Shown piece after piece: positions 11,701-24,648 of a DNA stretch of 64,000 nucleotides. Every line of letters begins with the position of its first letter. Position 1 is the first letter of the stretch. The translations under genes were made by a program, and so were the position numbers. Source of the DNA: Macrostomum hystrix (lineage: Eukaryota; Animalia; Platyhelminthes); assembly GCA_950097015.1 (NCBI GenBank), contig CATNEN010000038.1, forward strand, positions 30,876,001-30,940,000, written 5' to 3'. Under the pieces are notes generated by a model. It did not search any database. It was not told the DNA's origin and saw nothing but the letters and a program-made list of their open reading frames with translations.

Positions 11701-14700
11701 CAACAGGTAACACTCTGTCCAACAGGTAACACTCTGTCTAACAGGAAACACTCTGTCTAACAGTTAACACCTTTGTCTAACAGGTAACACTCTGTCTAAC
11801 AGTTAACACCTTTGTCTAACAGGTAACACTCTGTCTAACAGGTAACACTCTGTCCAACAGGTAACACTCTGTCCAACAGGTAACACTCTGTCTAACAGGT
11901 AACACTCTGTCTAACAGTTAACACCTTTGTCTAACAGGTAACACTCTGTCTAACAGTTAACACCTTTGTCTGACAGGTAACACTCTGTCTAACAGTTAAC
12001 ACCTTTGTCTAACAGGTAACACTATGCGTAACGCACTATCCAACACCGATCAATAAGATTCGAACCTGCGAGAATCCGTAGGTGAGACCGCCCATGACGG
12101 TGGCGGTAAGTCGTCTCTGATAAGGCCCGGCTAGAAAGTCGCGATACCTGCCATAGAAAGTCTCCTCCCTGCCCAGAGACTGAACAGTGGGCAGATTTTC
12201 GATCGCCTCGGCTGCCGTCTGGCCGGCCATCTCGGAGCCCTTGTCCGAGGCGCGCTGTGACCTGGTCTGGTAGGCCATGTGCACAGCTCCGGCCACGGCC
12301 ATAAACGGCACGCAGCCAAGGATCATCAGAGCCAGTTGCCATCCGTAGTACACAGCGATGCCAAGGCCAATGCCGGCGCCGAAGATTGCCTGCGAAGGAG
12401 TTTCGATTCGGATTGAGGTCACGTGACTTCAAGGTCATTCTAAGGTTATTCCAATGTTAAGACATTCCTCGAAAATTTGATTCCAATTTCACGTTACCGC
12501 TCTAGTCTGTAATTTTCTTAGTCACGTGACTATAGTTGATCGAATTTTAGTCACGTGACTATAGTTGATCGAATTTTAGTCACGTGACTATAGTTGATCG
12601 AATTTTAGTCACGTGACTATAGTTGATCGAATTTTAGTCACGTGACTATAGTTGATCGAATTTTAGTCACGTGACTATAGTTGATCGAATTTTAGTCACG
12701 TGACTTCTTTTAATCGATTTCTAAGTCACGTGACTTTTAAAAATTAATTTCTGCTTTATGATCGGCAGCTGCTCGCTCGGCATGGCTGGCCAGTCCTTCG
12801 CCCAGCTTATGACCGCTCGTGGCGCCGCCTCGACCGTCTTCAACATCATCGATCGACGTCGATGTCATTTCATTAAGCATCACGTGACTCATTTGATTAG
12901 GCATCACGGCTTGATTCGATACAACGTGTGATGTCATCACGCGAGTGCGGTTCACTAGTCACGCGATTGCGCCTATCCTCACCTGCATCGGCAATGTTAG
13001 TCGGATGCCCGACGCCCCCTTGACGCTGGACGCATCGGAAGCCAGCCGGGTGGTGAGCGCGCCAACCGAATTGTCGGGCGAGTCGAAGAAGCTCATGTCC
13101 TGCCGCAGGATGGCCCGGAAGTAGCGACCGCGAAGACGGCCAGTCAGGCGCTCGCCCGAGACGCCTAAGCCGAATGAGCTGATTACGTAACCGATGAACT
13201 GAGCCACGCCTAACACCAAGAACATCAGGGCCCAGAAGGTCGCCTCTCGCAGCATCTCGTCGCCAAACTGAAATTTGAGTTGGTTTGGCGAAGTTGGCGC
13301 CTTAGTGCTACGTCGCTTGTCCAACAGATACTGCTGTGTCTAACAGGTACTGACTTGTATCTAACAGGTGTTCGACTTGTGTCTAAGAGGTGTTCGACTT
13401 GTGTCTAAGAGGTGTTCGACTTGTGTCTAAGAGGTGTTTAACTTGTGTCTAACAAGTGTTTGACTTGTGTCTAACAGGTGTTTGACTTGTGTCTAACAGG
13501 TGTTTGACTTGTGTCTAACAGGTGTTTGACTTGTGTCTAACAGGTGTTTGACTTGTGTCTAAAAGGTGCTTGACTTGTGTCTAACAGGTGTTTGACTTTT
13601 GTCTAACAGGTGCTTGACTTGTGTCTAACAGGTGTTTGACTTGTGTCTAACAGGTGTTTGACTTGTGTCTAACAGGTGTTTGACTTGTGTCTAACAGGTG
13701 TTTGACTTGTGTCTAACAGGTGTTTGACTTGAGTCTAACAGGTGTTTGACTGGCGTCTAACAGGTGTTTGACTGGTGTCTAACAGGTGTTTGACTTGTGT
13801 CTGCCAGGTGTTTGACTTGTGTCTAACAGGTGTTTGACTGGTGTCTCACCTTTCCAAAAACGCTGATAACCTCCGAAAAGAACAAAGCGAACAATGGCAT
13901 GCTGCCACCAATGAGTACGGCGCCAAAGCAGGCCAACAGAATATAGGGCCACTCAGGTTTGTTCATTCGCAGAATTGTGAAGAAGCCAGGAGAATTGGCC
14001 AGTAGCTCCTTCTGCTTGGCAGCGTCCTGTTCCTCTTTGGCTGCCTTGGATTGCGCGTTCACTTCAGGAGTGCGAAAATGGGGATTTGAGAAAGGAGATG
14101 CGAGAGACGAGATGGGAGAGAGGAGATGGGAGAGAGGAGATAGGAGAGAGGAGATGGGAGATAGATGGGAGATAGGAGATGGGAGAGAAGAGATGGGAGA
14201 GAGGAGATGGGAGAGAGGAGATGGGAGAGAGGAGATGGGAGAGAGAAGATGGGAGAGAGGAGATGGGAGAGATGAGATGGGAGAGAGGAGATGGGAGAGA
14301 GGAGATGGGAGAGAGCAGATGGGTGAGAGGAGATGGGAGAGAGGAGATGGGAGAGAGAAGATGGGAGAGAGGAGACGGGAGAGAGGAGATGGGAGAGAGG
14401 AGATGGGAGAGAGCAGATGCGTGAGAGAAGATGGGAGAGAGAAGATGGGAGAGAGGAGATGGGAGAGATGAGATGGGAGAGAGGAGATGGGAGAGAGGAG
14501 ATGGGAGATAGATGGGAGAGAGGAGATGGGAGAGAAGAGATGGGAGAGAGGAGATGGGAGAGAGGAGATGGGAGAGAGGAGATGGGAGAGAGAAGATGGG
14601 AGAGAGGAGATGGGAGAGATGAGATGGGAGAGAGGAGATGGGAGAGAGGAGTTGGGAGAGAGCAGATGGGTGAGAGGAGATGGGAGAGAGGAGATGGGAG

Positions 14701-17700
14701 AGAGAAGATGGGAGAGAGGAGACGGGAGAGAGGAGATGGGAGAGAGGAGATGGGAGAGAGCAGATGCGTGAGAGAAGATGGGAGAGAGAAGATGGGAGAG
14801 AGGAGATGGGAGAGATGAGATGGGAGAGAGGAGATGGGAGAGAGGAGATGGGAGAGAGCAGATGGGTGAGAGGAGATGCGTGAGAGAAGATGGGAGAGAG
14901 AAGATGGGAGAGAGGAGATGGGAGAGATGAGATGGGAGAGAGGAGATGGGAGAGAGGAGATGGGAGAGAGCAGATGGGTGAGATGAGATGGGAGAGAGGA
15001 GATGGGAGAGAGGAGATGGGAGAGAGCAGATGGGTGAGAGGAGATGGGAGAGAGCAGATGCGTGAGAGAAGATGGGAGAGAGGAGATGGGAGAGAGGAGA
15101 TGGGAGAGAGCAGATGGGTGAGAGAAGATGGGAGAGAGGAGATGGGAGAGAGGAGATGGGAGAGAGGAGACGGGAGAGAGGAGATGGGAGAGAGGAGATG
15201 GGAGAGAGGAGATGGGAGAGAGAAGATGGGAGAGAGGAGATGGGAGAGAGCAGATGGGTGAGAGAAGATGGGAGAGAGCAGATGGGAGAGAGGAGATGGG
15301 AAGAGGGAATGGGAGGGGGAGAAATGGGAGAGAGGAGATGGCTGAGAGCAGAATGGCAGAGTAGATCATGGAGATATGGGAATGGAAAATATGGGAAATT
15401 ATTTTAGTTAAGATAATTGATCTCTTTAGAAGTTGCTAGGAAAATATTGTTAGAATAAAATATTAAAGAAAGTATAAAGCAAAAGTCGCTAACCCAGCAG
15501 CTGTTTGTCCTGTCTCTCTGGCAGAATTTCCACTGTCACCGCGTCGCCATTCGACTTGCCTTGCGAACTCGAAGTTCGTCGCCTAGGCCGTCGGGCATCG
15601 GCTATTTCGGCGGCGGTGTCGGAATCCGCCTGCAGGAGGCTGGAGTCTTTGCCAGTGGTCATGTGCGCGGCCTGCTCAGCTTCGTCGGCGAATTCCTGCA
15701 GCGACACCAGCTGGTGGTAGAGGCCGCGCCGTTCCATCAGCTCGTCGTGCGTGCCGGCTTCAACGATTCGACCCTCGCTCACCGTCAGGATCAGGTTGGC
15801 GTTTCGCACTGTGCTCAAACTGTCTCAAGTGAAAAAGAGGCAGATTTGGTCGTTGGTTTTCCATCTAAAAGTACTTTTTCCCCACTGCGAAAACGATATT
15901 TAAAAGTACATTCTCTCTGCCCCACAGGTAAAACAATATCTAAAAGTACATTCTCTCTGCCCCACAGCTAAAACGATATTTAAAAGTACATTCTCTCTGC
16001 CCCACAGCGAAAACAATATCTAAAAGTACGTTCTCTCTGCCCCACAGAAAATCGATATCTTAAAGTACATTCTTTCTAAACCAGCTGCGATAAGACCCTA
16101 TCTAAAAGTGCATAATATCTAACCCTATAAGAGATAATAACTATTAGCGCCGTCGCTCCTCGTACCGGTGAGCCACTACCAGAGTAGTTGTGCTCTCCGA
16201 GGCCTTATCCAACGCTGCTTGCACGATGGCTTCGCTAGCGGAGTCCAACGCCGATGTCGCTTCGTCAAGCAGCAGCAGAGCTGGCCGACGAATCAGCGCC
16301 CTGGCCAGGGCGACTCGCTGCTTCTGCCCGCCGCTTAATTGGGCGCCGCGTTCGCCAACCAGAGTCTCGTAGCCAGACGGCAGTCGGCTGATAAAGTCGT
16401 GAGCATTGGCCTGCCGACAGGCCTCTTCAACTTCAGCGTTGGACGCATCGGGACGACCCATTCGGACGTTGTCGGCGATGGAACAAGCGAATAGCACCGG
16501 CTCCTAAAGAAGGCGTTGATAGTTCAGAAACACCATTGTTCCCTCTCTAATCCTCCCAGGTAGATCTCACCTGAGACACGACACCAATCCTTGACCGGAG
16601 CCAAGCTGTGCTCAGTTCGCGAAGATCGCAGCCGTCTAACTGGATGCTACCGCTCAGTGGATCGTAGAATCGTAACAGCAGCTTCACAATCGACGACTTG
16701 CCACTGCCGGATGGACCGGTGAGAGCCACCTGCGATCAGTCAGAAAAAACACCTATCTGTGTTAATTACCTTGGATTAAATCACTGACAGGCAGATTACG
16801 TGCATTGTTTTTCTAACCCCGCAGTGGTATCACACAATGAGACAGTGTACATTGTTTTTCTAACCCCGCAGTGGTATCACACAATGAGACAGTGTACATT
16901 GTTTTTCTAACCCCGCAGTGGTATCACACAATGAGACAGTGTACATTGTTTTTCTAACCCCGCAGTGGTATCACACAATGAGACAGTGTACATTTTTTTT
17001 CTAACCCCGCAGTGGTATCACAAAAATTGACTCTGAACACCATTTTCTCAAAATGTAACGTGGTATCCACCCTACTGTCAGTAGTGTAAAAAAATCTGCT
17101 GACAGTAGTATTGCCTTAAACAACTAAACGGAAGCTTCTCACGCGCATCCCAGGCCGAATGGTGAACGAAACGTCGCTCAGAACCTGCACACCGGGCCTG
17201 TTGGGATAAGCGAAGGTGACACCTTCAAAGTGTACTTCACCGCGGCACTGATCTTTATCTGGTCGGCGACCAACAGATTCGTCGCTGGCGTCAATTATTG
17301 GTCGTCGATCGATGATGTCGAAGACGGTCGAGGCGGCGCCGCGAGCGGTCATCAGCTGGGCGAAGGGCTGGCCGGCCATGCCGAGCGAGAAGCTGCCAAT
17401 CATAACGCAGAAGAACACGGTGAAAATGTCACCTGGATTGATGCCATTTAAGCCGAAGCTCTCCTGCCACTCCTTGACCTGCGTGGCGCCGTACCAGAAG
17501 GCCAGGCAGTAAGCTGAGTAGACAACAAGCATCACAAATCCGATGCCTGTGCCCTGGGTGACACTCTGCGTGCAAATTGCAGGGAGGGTGGGCCCTGGTT
17601 ACTAGGGTGAGTTGGTCCGCATGGAAACGTCGTTGATTAAGATTCTCACGGCAACTATGGTGTCCCATAGCAACTAGGGTGTCCCGTAGCAACTAAGGTC

Positions 17701-20579
17701 TCCAATAGCAAGTAGGTTGTCCAATAGCAACTAGGGTGTCGCATAACAACGAGGGTGTCCCATAGCATAGGGTGTCCCATAGCAACTTCTAGTATTCTAG
17801 TAACTAGGGTGAGTATGATTCTAGTAACTAGGGTGAGTATGCTTCTAGTAACTAGGGTGAGTGTGATTCTAGTAACTAGGGTGAGTGTGATTCTAGTAAC
17901 TAAGGTGAGTATGATTCTAGTAACTAGGGTGAGTATGATTCTAGTAACTAGGGTGAGTATGATTCTAGTAACTAGGGTGAGTATGATTCTAGTAACTAGG
18001 GTGAGTATGATTTCTTACAACGTAGAAATCATTGGGGCCAGGTTTCAATAGTTTCCAGGCAGGCCCATTTTAAGAGTTTTTAAGTTAGATGCAAACACAA
18101 AGATGGATTTATTATTGCCATAACAATCGTTGCCAAGACAACTGAAGCCGAAATTCAATGAACAGAAGCCCAACCTTTTTAATGCCCTCCCTCGTAGACT
18201 TCTTGAGTTCCTCCGCGTATCGCTTCTCCTCGTCGTCCTGACCGCAGAAGGCCATCACCGTCTTGACGCAACTGATGGTCTCCTCGGCGACTGCCCCGGC
18301 CTTGGCGTAGGCTTGCTGTTCCCTGGTGCTCATGGTGCTGATGAGTCGCCCCAGAAGCCCGCCGCCCACAGCCAGTAGGGGTGTGAGCGACATCATGACC
18401 AGTGTCATCCGCCAGCTCTTGATGAAGCCGATGATAAAGCCGGAGAAAAAGCCAGCTGCCGCCTGGGCGATGAGGCTGACTTTGTCGCCGATTCCTTCGC
18501 GAATTTTTTCAAGATCGTCGGCTAGGCGGGTGGTGAGTTCGCCGCTGGACTGCTTGTCGAACCAGCTCATCTCCTGGCGCAGGACGGCTCTGGGAATGTT
18601 AAAGGTTTTTGTTTTCTTCTGAAAAATCATAACATTTTCTCTATTCAGTAGCGTTTCAAGTCTCGTCTAGTCTCTAGGTTTCGTATCTCTAATTCTAGTT
18701 TAACAGTAAAATAACAAGTTTTTTCGCTGCACCCGAACGGATCAACGCAAGCACACAAAACTCAAGAACACGGGCCAAATTTTTGTTGCTCATCTTCTGA
18801 AACAAGAACCAAGTCACTAACTCATCAGACCTTCGAGATATTCAACGATTCTGACCGAATATCGGATTTTTCTTATTTTTCATACACCCCTATATACACA
18901 AATTAGCACAGCGCCTCAGTGCGGCCTTGCCAGACCTTCAAAATTGAACCGCATGTCACCCGAATGTGCCTGCATCATCTCCGTCTTCGGTGGTCACCTA
19001 CCTTTATCTAGAAGGACATGCTGGGCCTTCAAGGGCTAGAACAGTTGGAACTAGGCCACTAGATATGGACACCCTGACGCGAATTTCTCCAATTTCACTG
19101 ATCAAGCCAAAATATTAGGCGTAGCTCAACCACAGGACACCCTAGCCTAGTCTGTCAACCAATCAGTCACCACCCAACGCTGTTAGCATTCAGGCGCTGC
19201 CAAAAAATTTCAGGGGAGGGGAAAACCCTTAGGATAAAAACTGGCGGTACAATAGCTTGGTAGTCCTACTGTGAAATTATGATCTCTCACTTTTCATTTC
19301 TAGTCATCATCAGATCATCAGATCTGAGACAAATAGATCTAGTCTCTAAAATTTCGCATATAGTTTTCAAATCTCACATCTAGTCTAGTAAATCTCACAT
19401 CTAGTCTAGTAGATCTCACATCTAGTCTAGTAGATCTCACATCTAGTCTAGTAGATCTCACATCTAGTCTAGTAGATCTCAAATCTAGTCTAGTAGATCT
19501 CAAATCTAGTCTAGTAGATCTCAAATCTAGTCTAGTAGATCTCAAATCTAGTCTAGTAGATCTCACATCTAGTCTAGTAGATCCCACATCTAGTCTCTCC
19601 CAATAATCTCCCCTCAGTCCCCAAGGGGCTCACCTGAAGAACACTAGCCGCATGCGGTGCACCTGCCTCTCGCAGGCCACCGACCACAGGGTCACCTGCA
19701 GTGCAGAGGCCGCGAACACACAAGCACCAACGATGGAGTACTGGATCGAATAGCGGTTCATTGAGTCGATGAAGTCAAAGCCGCTGCTGTTGGCCCATGG
19801 CAACAGGCTGGAGTTCGGCGTACCTTGCCTGATGAAGTCGTTAGTCATCTGGCCGAAGATCACGGAGATCAGCGGCCAGCCGCAGCCGTGCGCGGCGGCG
19901 AACGCGGATCCGAACGCGATGCACAGCCAGTCGAGACCGTCGGCGAAGCGGAACTGAATTTGGATTGACAGGTGGATTGACATGTGGATTGACAGGTTGA
20001 TTGACAGCTGGATTGACATGTTGATTGACAGCTGGATTGACATGTGGATTGAAAGGTGGATTGACAGATGGATTGACAGGTGAAGTTACAGGTGAAGATA
20101 CAGGTAAAGAGACAGGTAAAGAGACATTAAGTGATTCTCAAAAAGACATGTAAAAAGACAGGTGAAGAGACTGATGAAGAGACAGGTCTTGAGACATGCC
20201 AAGAGACAAGTGAAATGACATGTGAAAAAACGGTTTAAGAGACAGGTGAAAACACAGTTTAAGAGACAGGTGAAAACACAGTTTAAGAGACAGGTGAAAA
20301 CACAGTTTAAGAGACAGGTGAAAAGACAGGTGAGTTAAAAAGTGAGTTGACGGTAAAAACAAAATCACATTATCTCACCAGTTTTCCAATCGGTACTGGC
20401 GGCAGTTTCGGCTTCTCATCTTTATCGTCTGATGGTTTCCTGGAAAAAATCTAGGAATTATAACAATGCACATTTAAATAAAAAAAGGCACACGATCAAA
20501 ATAAAACAAATCGAGGAAATAAAATTCACCCATTGTTGATGCTAAACTCCGCCGGAGCTGTAGCGTTGCCATTCTTCAT
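8743..20579 (-). CDS. ABCB1: ABC transporter subfamily B full transporter (P-glycoprotein/MDR1-like), complete, 14 exons
   Basis: Exons in transcript order: 20579-20530 (ATG), 20439-20379, 19953-19634, 18589-18175, 17565-17143, 16729-16571, 16503-16166, 15819-15494, 14061-13850, 13267-12983, 12389-12066, 11523-11089, 9832-9569, 9102-8743 (TAG); all GT-AG with matching phases. TMD-NBD-TMD-NBD layout; Walker A GPSGSGKS and GPSGCGKS, Q-loops VSQEP, two LSGGQKQR signatures, [11 protein letters not shown] Walker B/D-loop, VAHRLST H-loops. The symbol indicates family, not proven orthology. Confidence 0.95.
9128..9545. repeat. 15-bp minisatellite GATGGGAAGATGAGG filling ABCB intron 13
   Basis: Tandem periodicity. 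Confidence 0.95.
9857..10990. repeat. 23-bp minisatellite ATAAGCATCTTACCGAATTCTCA, ~49 copies, ABCB intron 12
   Basis: Tandem periodicity; GAATTC in nearly every unit. Confidence 0.97.
11620..12021. repeat. 19/20-bp minisatellite TCTAACAGGTAACACTCTG, ABCB intron 11
   Basis: Tandem periodicity. Confidence 0.95.
12517..12735. repeat. 29-bp minisatellite containing the palindrome TAGTCACGTGACTA, ABCB intron 10
   Basis: GTCACGTGAC recurs at 12521, 12550 and onward. Confidence 0.95.
12749..12860 (+). pseudogene. Inverted duplicate of part of ABCB exon 5 inside ABCB intron 10
   Basis: Ungapped match to the reverse complement of 17301-17412; 9 mismatches in 112 nt by manual alignment. Confidence 0.92.
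13335..13849. repeat. 22-bp minisatellite GTCTAACAGGTGTTTGACTTGT filling ABCB intron 9
   Basis: Tandem periodicity, in register up to the splice donor. Confidence 0.95.
14090..15345. repeat. 14-bp purine-rich minisatellite AGATGGGAGAGAGG, ABCB intron 8
   Basis: Tandem periodicity. Confidence 0.95.
15880..16075. repeat. ~40-bp tandem repeat (TAAAAGTACATTCTCTCTGCCCCACAG...), ABCB intron 7
   Basis: About 5 degenerate copies. Confidence 0.85.
16803..17022. repeat. 47-bp tandem repeat, ~4.7 copies, ABCB intron 5
   Basis: CTAACCCCGCAGTGGTATCACACAATGAGACAGTG recurs every 47 nt. Confidence 0.92.
17790..18012. repeat. 24-bp minisatellite CTAGTAACTAGGGTGAGTATGATT, ABCB intron 4
   Basis: Tandem periodicity; preceded by a related degenerate array at 17650-17785. 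Confidence 0.93.
18704..19271. mobile_element. TTAA-type non-autonomous DNA transposon, copy 2 (ABCB intron 3)
   Basis: High similarity to 6653-7242; left TTAA|CAGTAAAATAACAAG (degenerate), right end TGGTAGTCCTACTG|TGAA. Confidence 0.8.
19335..19597. repeat. 21-bp minisatellite AGATCTCACATCTAGTCTAGT, ABCB intron 3
   Basis: Tandem periodicity. Confidence 0.93.
19961..20335. repeat. Degenerate 12-bp/24-bp repeat with GACAGGTG core, ABCB intron 2
   Basis: GGATTGACAGGT units grading into GAGACAGGTGAAAACACAGTTTAA units. Confidence 0.85.
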
Positions 20580-21057
20580 GGCCGAAAATTGTTTAACAAA
20601 CCAATGCCTCAATAGTTATTTTAACTTAAGAGAACAGTACTGCTATTAGACTCTTACCTACTCCATTTTTCTACCTGGCGGTAGGATCATGCGTTGGCTA
20701 AATGGTTAGAGATTCGACTTTGTACAAAGTAGAACTGAATTTTATTTCTAATCTTTGTCATAGATAAGCGTGCTTGGGTACAAACTCACACATCCAGTCG
20801 CCATACACTGGTGCAATAACTGATAAGAATTTTGCAATAGCGCCTAATTAAGAACATTACAGCAATATTTAAAATCGAAGATAATGCATTCGAGACACAA
20901 AATGCCTGCTTTTTTACTTTCCTCTGCAATTTTTATGACTGAAAATTGTGGCTTCAGAAAGCCAGAGAAAAATTGTTCCAAAAAATGCTTATCTGTTTAC
21001 CGTTTGCTTTTAAAGCAAAAGTAGATCCGTTACAGACCCGTAAAGTAGACCCGTCAC

Positions 21058-22198
21058 AGACACTTATTCACCTGTTACAGACACTTATTCACCTGTTAGA
21101 GACACTTATTCACCTGTTACAGACACTTATTCACCTGTTACAGACACTTATTCACCTGTTAGAGACACTTATTCACCTGTTAGAGACACTCATTCACCTG
21201 ATACAGACACTTTATTCACCTGTTACAGACACTTATTCACCTGTTAGAGACACTTATTCACCTGTTAGAGACACTTATTCATCTGATACAGACACTTATT
21301 CACCTGATACAGACACTTATTCACCTGTTAGAGACACTTATTCACCTGTTACAGACACTTATTCAACTGTTAGAGACACTTATTCACCTGTTAGAGACAC
21401 TTATTCAACTGTTAGAGACACTTATTCACCTGTTACAGACACTTATTCACCTGTTACAGACACTTATTAACCTGTTAGAGACACTTATTCACCTGTTACA
21501 GACACTTATTCACCTGTTACAGACACTTATTCAACTGTTAGAGACACTTATTCACCTGTTAGAGACACTTATTCAACTGTTAGAGACACTTATTCACCTG
21601 TTACAGACACTTATTCACCTGTTACAGACACTTATTAACCTGTTAGAGACACTTATTCACCTGTTAGAGACACTTATTCAACTGTTACAGACACTTATTC
21701 AACTGTTAGAGACACTTATTCACCTGTTAGAGACACTTATTCACCTGTTAGAGACACTTATTCACCTGTTAGAGACACTTATTCACCTGTTAGAGACACT
21801 TATTCACCTGTTAGAGACACTTATTCACCTGTTAGAGACACTTATTCACCTGTTAGAGACACTTATTCAACTGTTAGAGACACTTATTCACCTGTTAGAG
21901 ACACTTATTCACCTGTTAGAGACACTTATTCACCTGTTAGAGACACTTATTCACCTGATACAGACACTTATTCACCTGATACAGACACTTATTCACCTGA
22001 TACAGACACTTATTCACCTGATACAGACACTTATTCACCTGATACAGACACTTATTCACCTGATACAGACACTTATTCACCTGTTACAGACACTTATTCA
22101 CCTGTTACAGACACTTATTCACCCGTTACAGACACTTATTCACCTGTTACAGACACTTATTCACCTGTTACAGACACTTATTAACCTGTTAGAGACAC
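21058..22198. repeat. 21-bp minisatellite GACACTTATTCACCTGTTAGA upstream of ABCB
   Basis: About 54 tandem copies. Confidence 0.97.
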
Positions 22199-22529
22199 GG
22201 ATCGACGTGCTAATGGATAACTAACAGGTTAGTCACCTGTTAAAGAGAACCAGCTAACTCTAAAAGCTTATTCACTTTTCTTAAATGTCAATGAGTTTTA
22301 AAGGATTGCACCTAGTAAGGACAATCCTTTACTTGTTAAGAGAATGATTGGCATGACAAAAAACTATCATACACCTGTTATTGACAAGCATTCAACCTGT
22401 CAAACCTTGAAGAGAGAATCATTCACCTGTTTGGGAGCTTTAACCTGTTAGACCTGGTAGGACAGTCATTTACTCTTTTGTGACAGCCGTACCTGTTAGT
22501 GACAATTATTAATCTGTAAGATAACTATT

Positions 22530-23570
22530 CACCTGTTAGTGACAAACATTAACCTGTTAGTGACAACCATTAACCTGTTAGTGACAACCATTAACCTTTT
22601 AGTGACAACCATTAACCTTTTAGTGACAACCATTAACCTGTTGGTGACAACCATTCACCTGTTCGTGACAACTATTCACCTGTTAGTGACAACCATTAAC
22701 CTGTTAGTGACAACCATTAACCTGTTAGTGACAACCATTAACCTGTTAGTGACAACCATTCACCTGTTTGTGACAGCCATTCACCTGTTTGTGACAGCCA
22801 TTCACCTGTTAGTGACAACCATTCACCTGTTTGTGACAGCCATTCACCTGTTAGTGACAACCATTCACCTGTTTGTGACAGCCATTCACCTGTTTGTGAC
22901 AGCCATTCACCTGTTTGTGACAGCCATTCACCTGTTTGTGACAGCCATTCACCTGTTAGTGACAAACATTAACCTGTTAGTGACAACCATTCACCTGTTT
23001 GTGACAGCCATTCACCTGTTTGTGACAGCCATTCACCTGTTTGTGACAGCCATTCACCTGTTTGTGACAGCCATTCACCTGTTTGTGACAGCCATTCACC
23101 TGTTTGTGACAGCCATTCACCTGTTAGTGACAACCATTCACCTGTTTGTGACAACCATTAACCTGTTAGTGACAACCATTAACCTGTTAGTGACAACCAT
23201 TAACCTGTTAGTGACAACCATTCACCTGTTTGTGACAGCCATTCACCTGTTTGTGACAGCCATTCACCTGTTTGTGACAGCCATTCACCTGTTAGTGACA
23301 AACATTCATTTGTTAGTGACGAACATTCACATTTTATTGACTACTGTTCACCTGTTCGTGACAACTATTCACCTGTTAGTGACAACCATCCACCTGTTAG
23401 TGACAACCATTAACCTGTTAGTGACAACCATTCACCTGTTAGTGACAACCATTCACCTGTTTGTGACAGCCATTCACCTGTTTGTGACAGCCATTCACCT
23501 GTTAGTGACAACCATTCACCTGTTCGTGACGAACATTCACATTTTATTTACTACTATTCACCTGTTAGTG
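22530..23570. repeat. 21-bp minisatellite GTGACAACCATTCACCTGTTA
   Basis: About 49 tandem copies. Confidence 0.97.
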
Positions 23571-24182
23571 ATCCAAATAAGACCATAATGACGCATCCGC
23601 AGTTTTTGAGGTACTTTGTTCAACACAATCATAAGCCTGTTAGAGACACCGAATTCCCTTGTAAAAGACACCTGCTGATTACTCACTTTAAAAGTGGAGT
23701 TCGCTCATTTCCAGGCTTTGAGTTATGCGTATCGATTTCAGGCATGAGATTGAAACACTTTCAACGTTCAAAAGGCTAGTTGCAGTTTGGTGAAATAAAT
23801 GTATTGACGGTTTAAAACTGACTGCACTTAACCTGCTTTAATTAGTAAAAATGAAAACGTTTATAAAATATTTCTATTAAACTAGATTTATCTGGTTTTC
23901 GCGCCTCAGAAAATGACGATATCGATCGCGAGAAAGAGAGAGAGAGCATGGGTGTGTTTAGGCTGCTGTTAAATTTTACCGGCTAATTACCGGACCGTAC
24001 TTGGCCTATGCGTGCTGTGTGACAGCGAAAATAAGTATATGCTTCTTTTTACATTGCGATTCATTTTTATTAATTTTGTGATTATTACCCAAATCTAGTC
24101 TGCCTTTATTCGTTACCCATTACCTAATTTTAGTCTCTACGTATGTTCGTTCCCAATTTAGATTTCTTTTGTTAGTCTATTT

Positions 24183-24470
24183 AATCATTACCCTATTATA
24201 GTTTATCATTACCCAAGTATAGTGAATCATTACCCAATTATAGTTAATCATTACCCAATTATAGTTAATCATTACCCTTTTATAGTTCATCATTACCTAA
24301 TTATAGTTCATCATTACCCAATTATAGTTAATCTTTACCCAATTATTGTTAATCATTACCCGATTCTAGCTAATCACTACCTAATTATACTTAATAATTA
24401 CCCAGTTCTAGCTCACTGTTACGTAATTCTAACTAATCACTACCCCGTAATAGGTAATAATTATCCCAAT
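24183..24470. repeat. 21-bp degenerate minisatellite AATCATTACCCAATTATAGTT
   Basis: Tandem periodicity. Confidence 0.88.
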
Positions 24471-24566
24471 TGTCTACGAGTACTTAACCGGCCGTGTTTC
24501 ACACCACCTCACTGCCTTGCGCCCACCCCTCCGCCGCGTGCCACGGGGTTTCTAACCCTTGGCTCG

Positions 24567-24631
24567 GGGTTGCGCCGGTGGCAGAGCGGTTAACGCGTTT
24601 GCCTATCGCACCACGGTCCCTAAGTTCGATC
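24567..24631 (+). mobile_element. Isolated tRNA-like head of second SINE family
   Basis: GGTGGCAGAGCGGTTAACGCGTTTG...GGTCCCTAAGTTCGAT matches 5682-5737. Confidence 0.7.
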
Positions 24632-24648
24632 ATCGACTAATCGCTTCA

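Noticed and set aside
17072-17108. 13-bp imperfect inverted repeat near the ABCB exon 5 donor
   Set aside because: Short, with one mismatch; plausible by chance in a 64-kb window.
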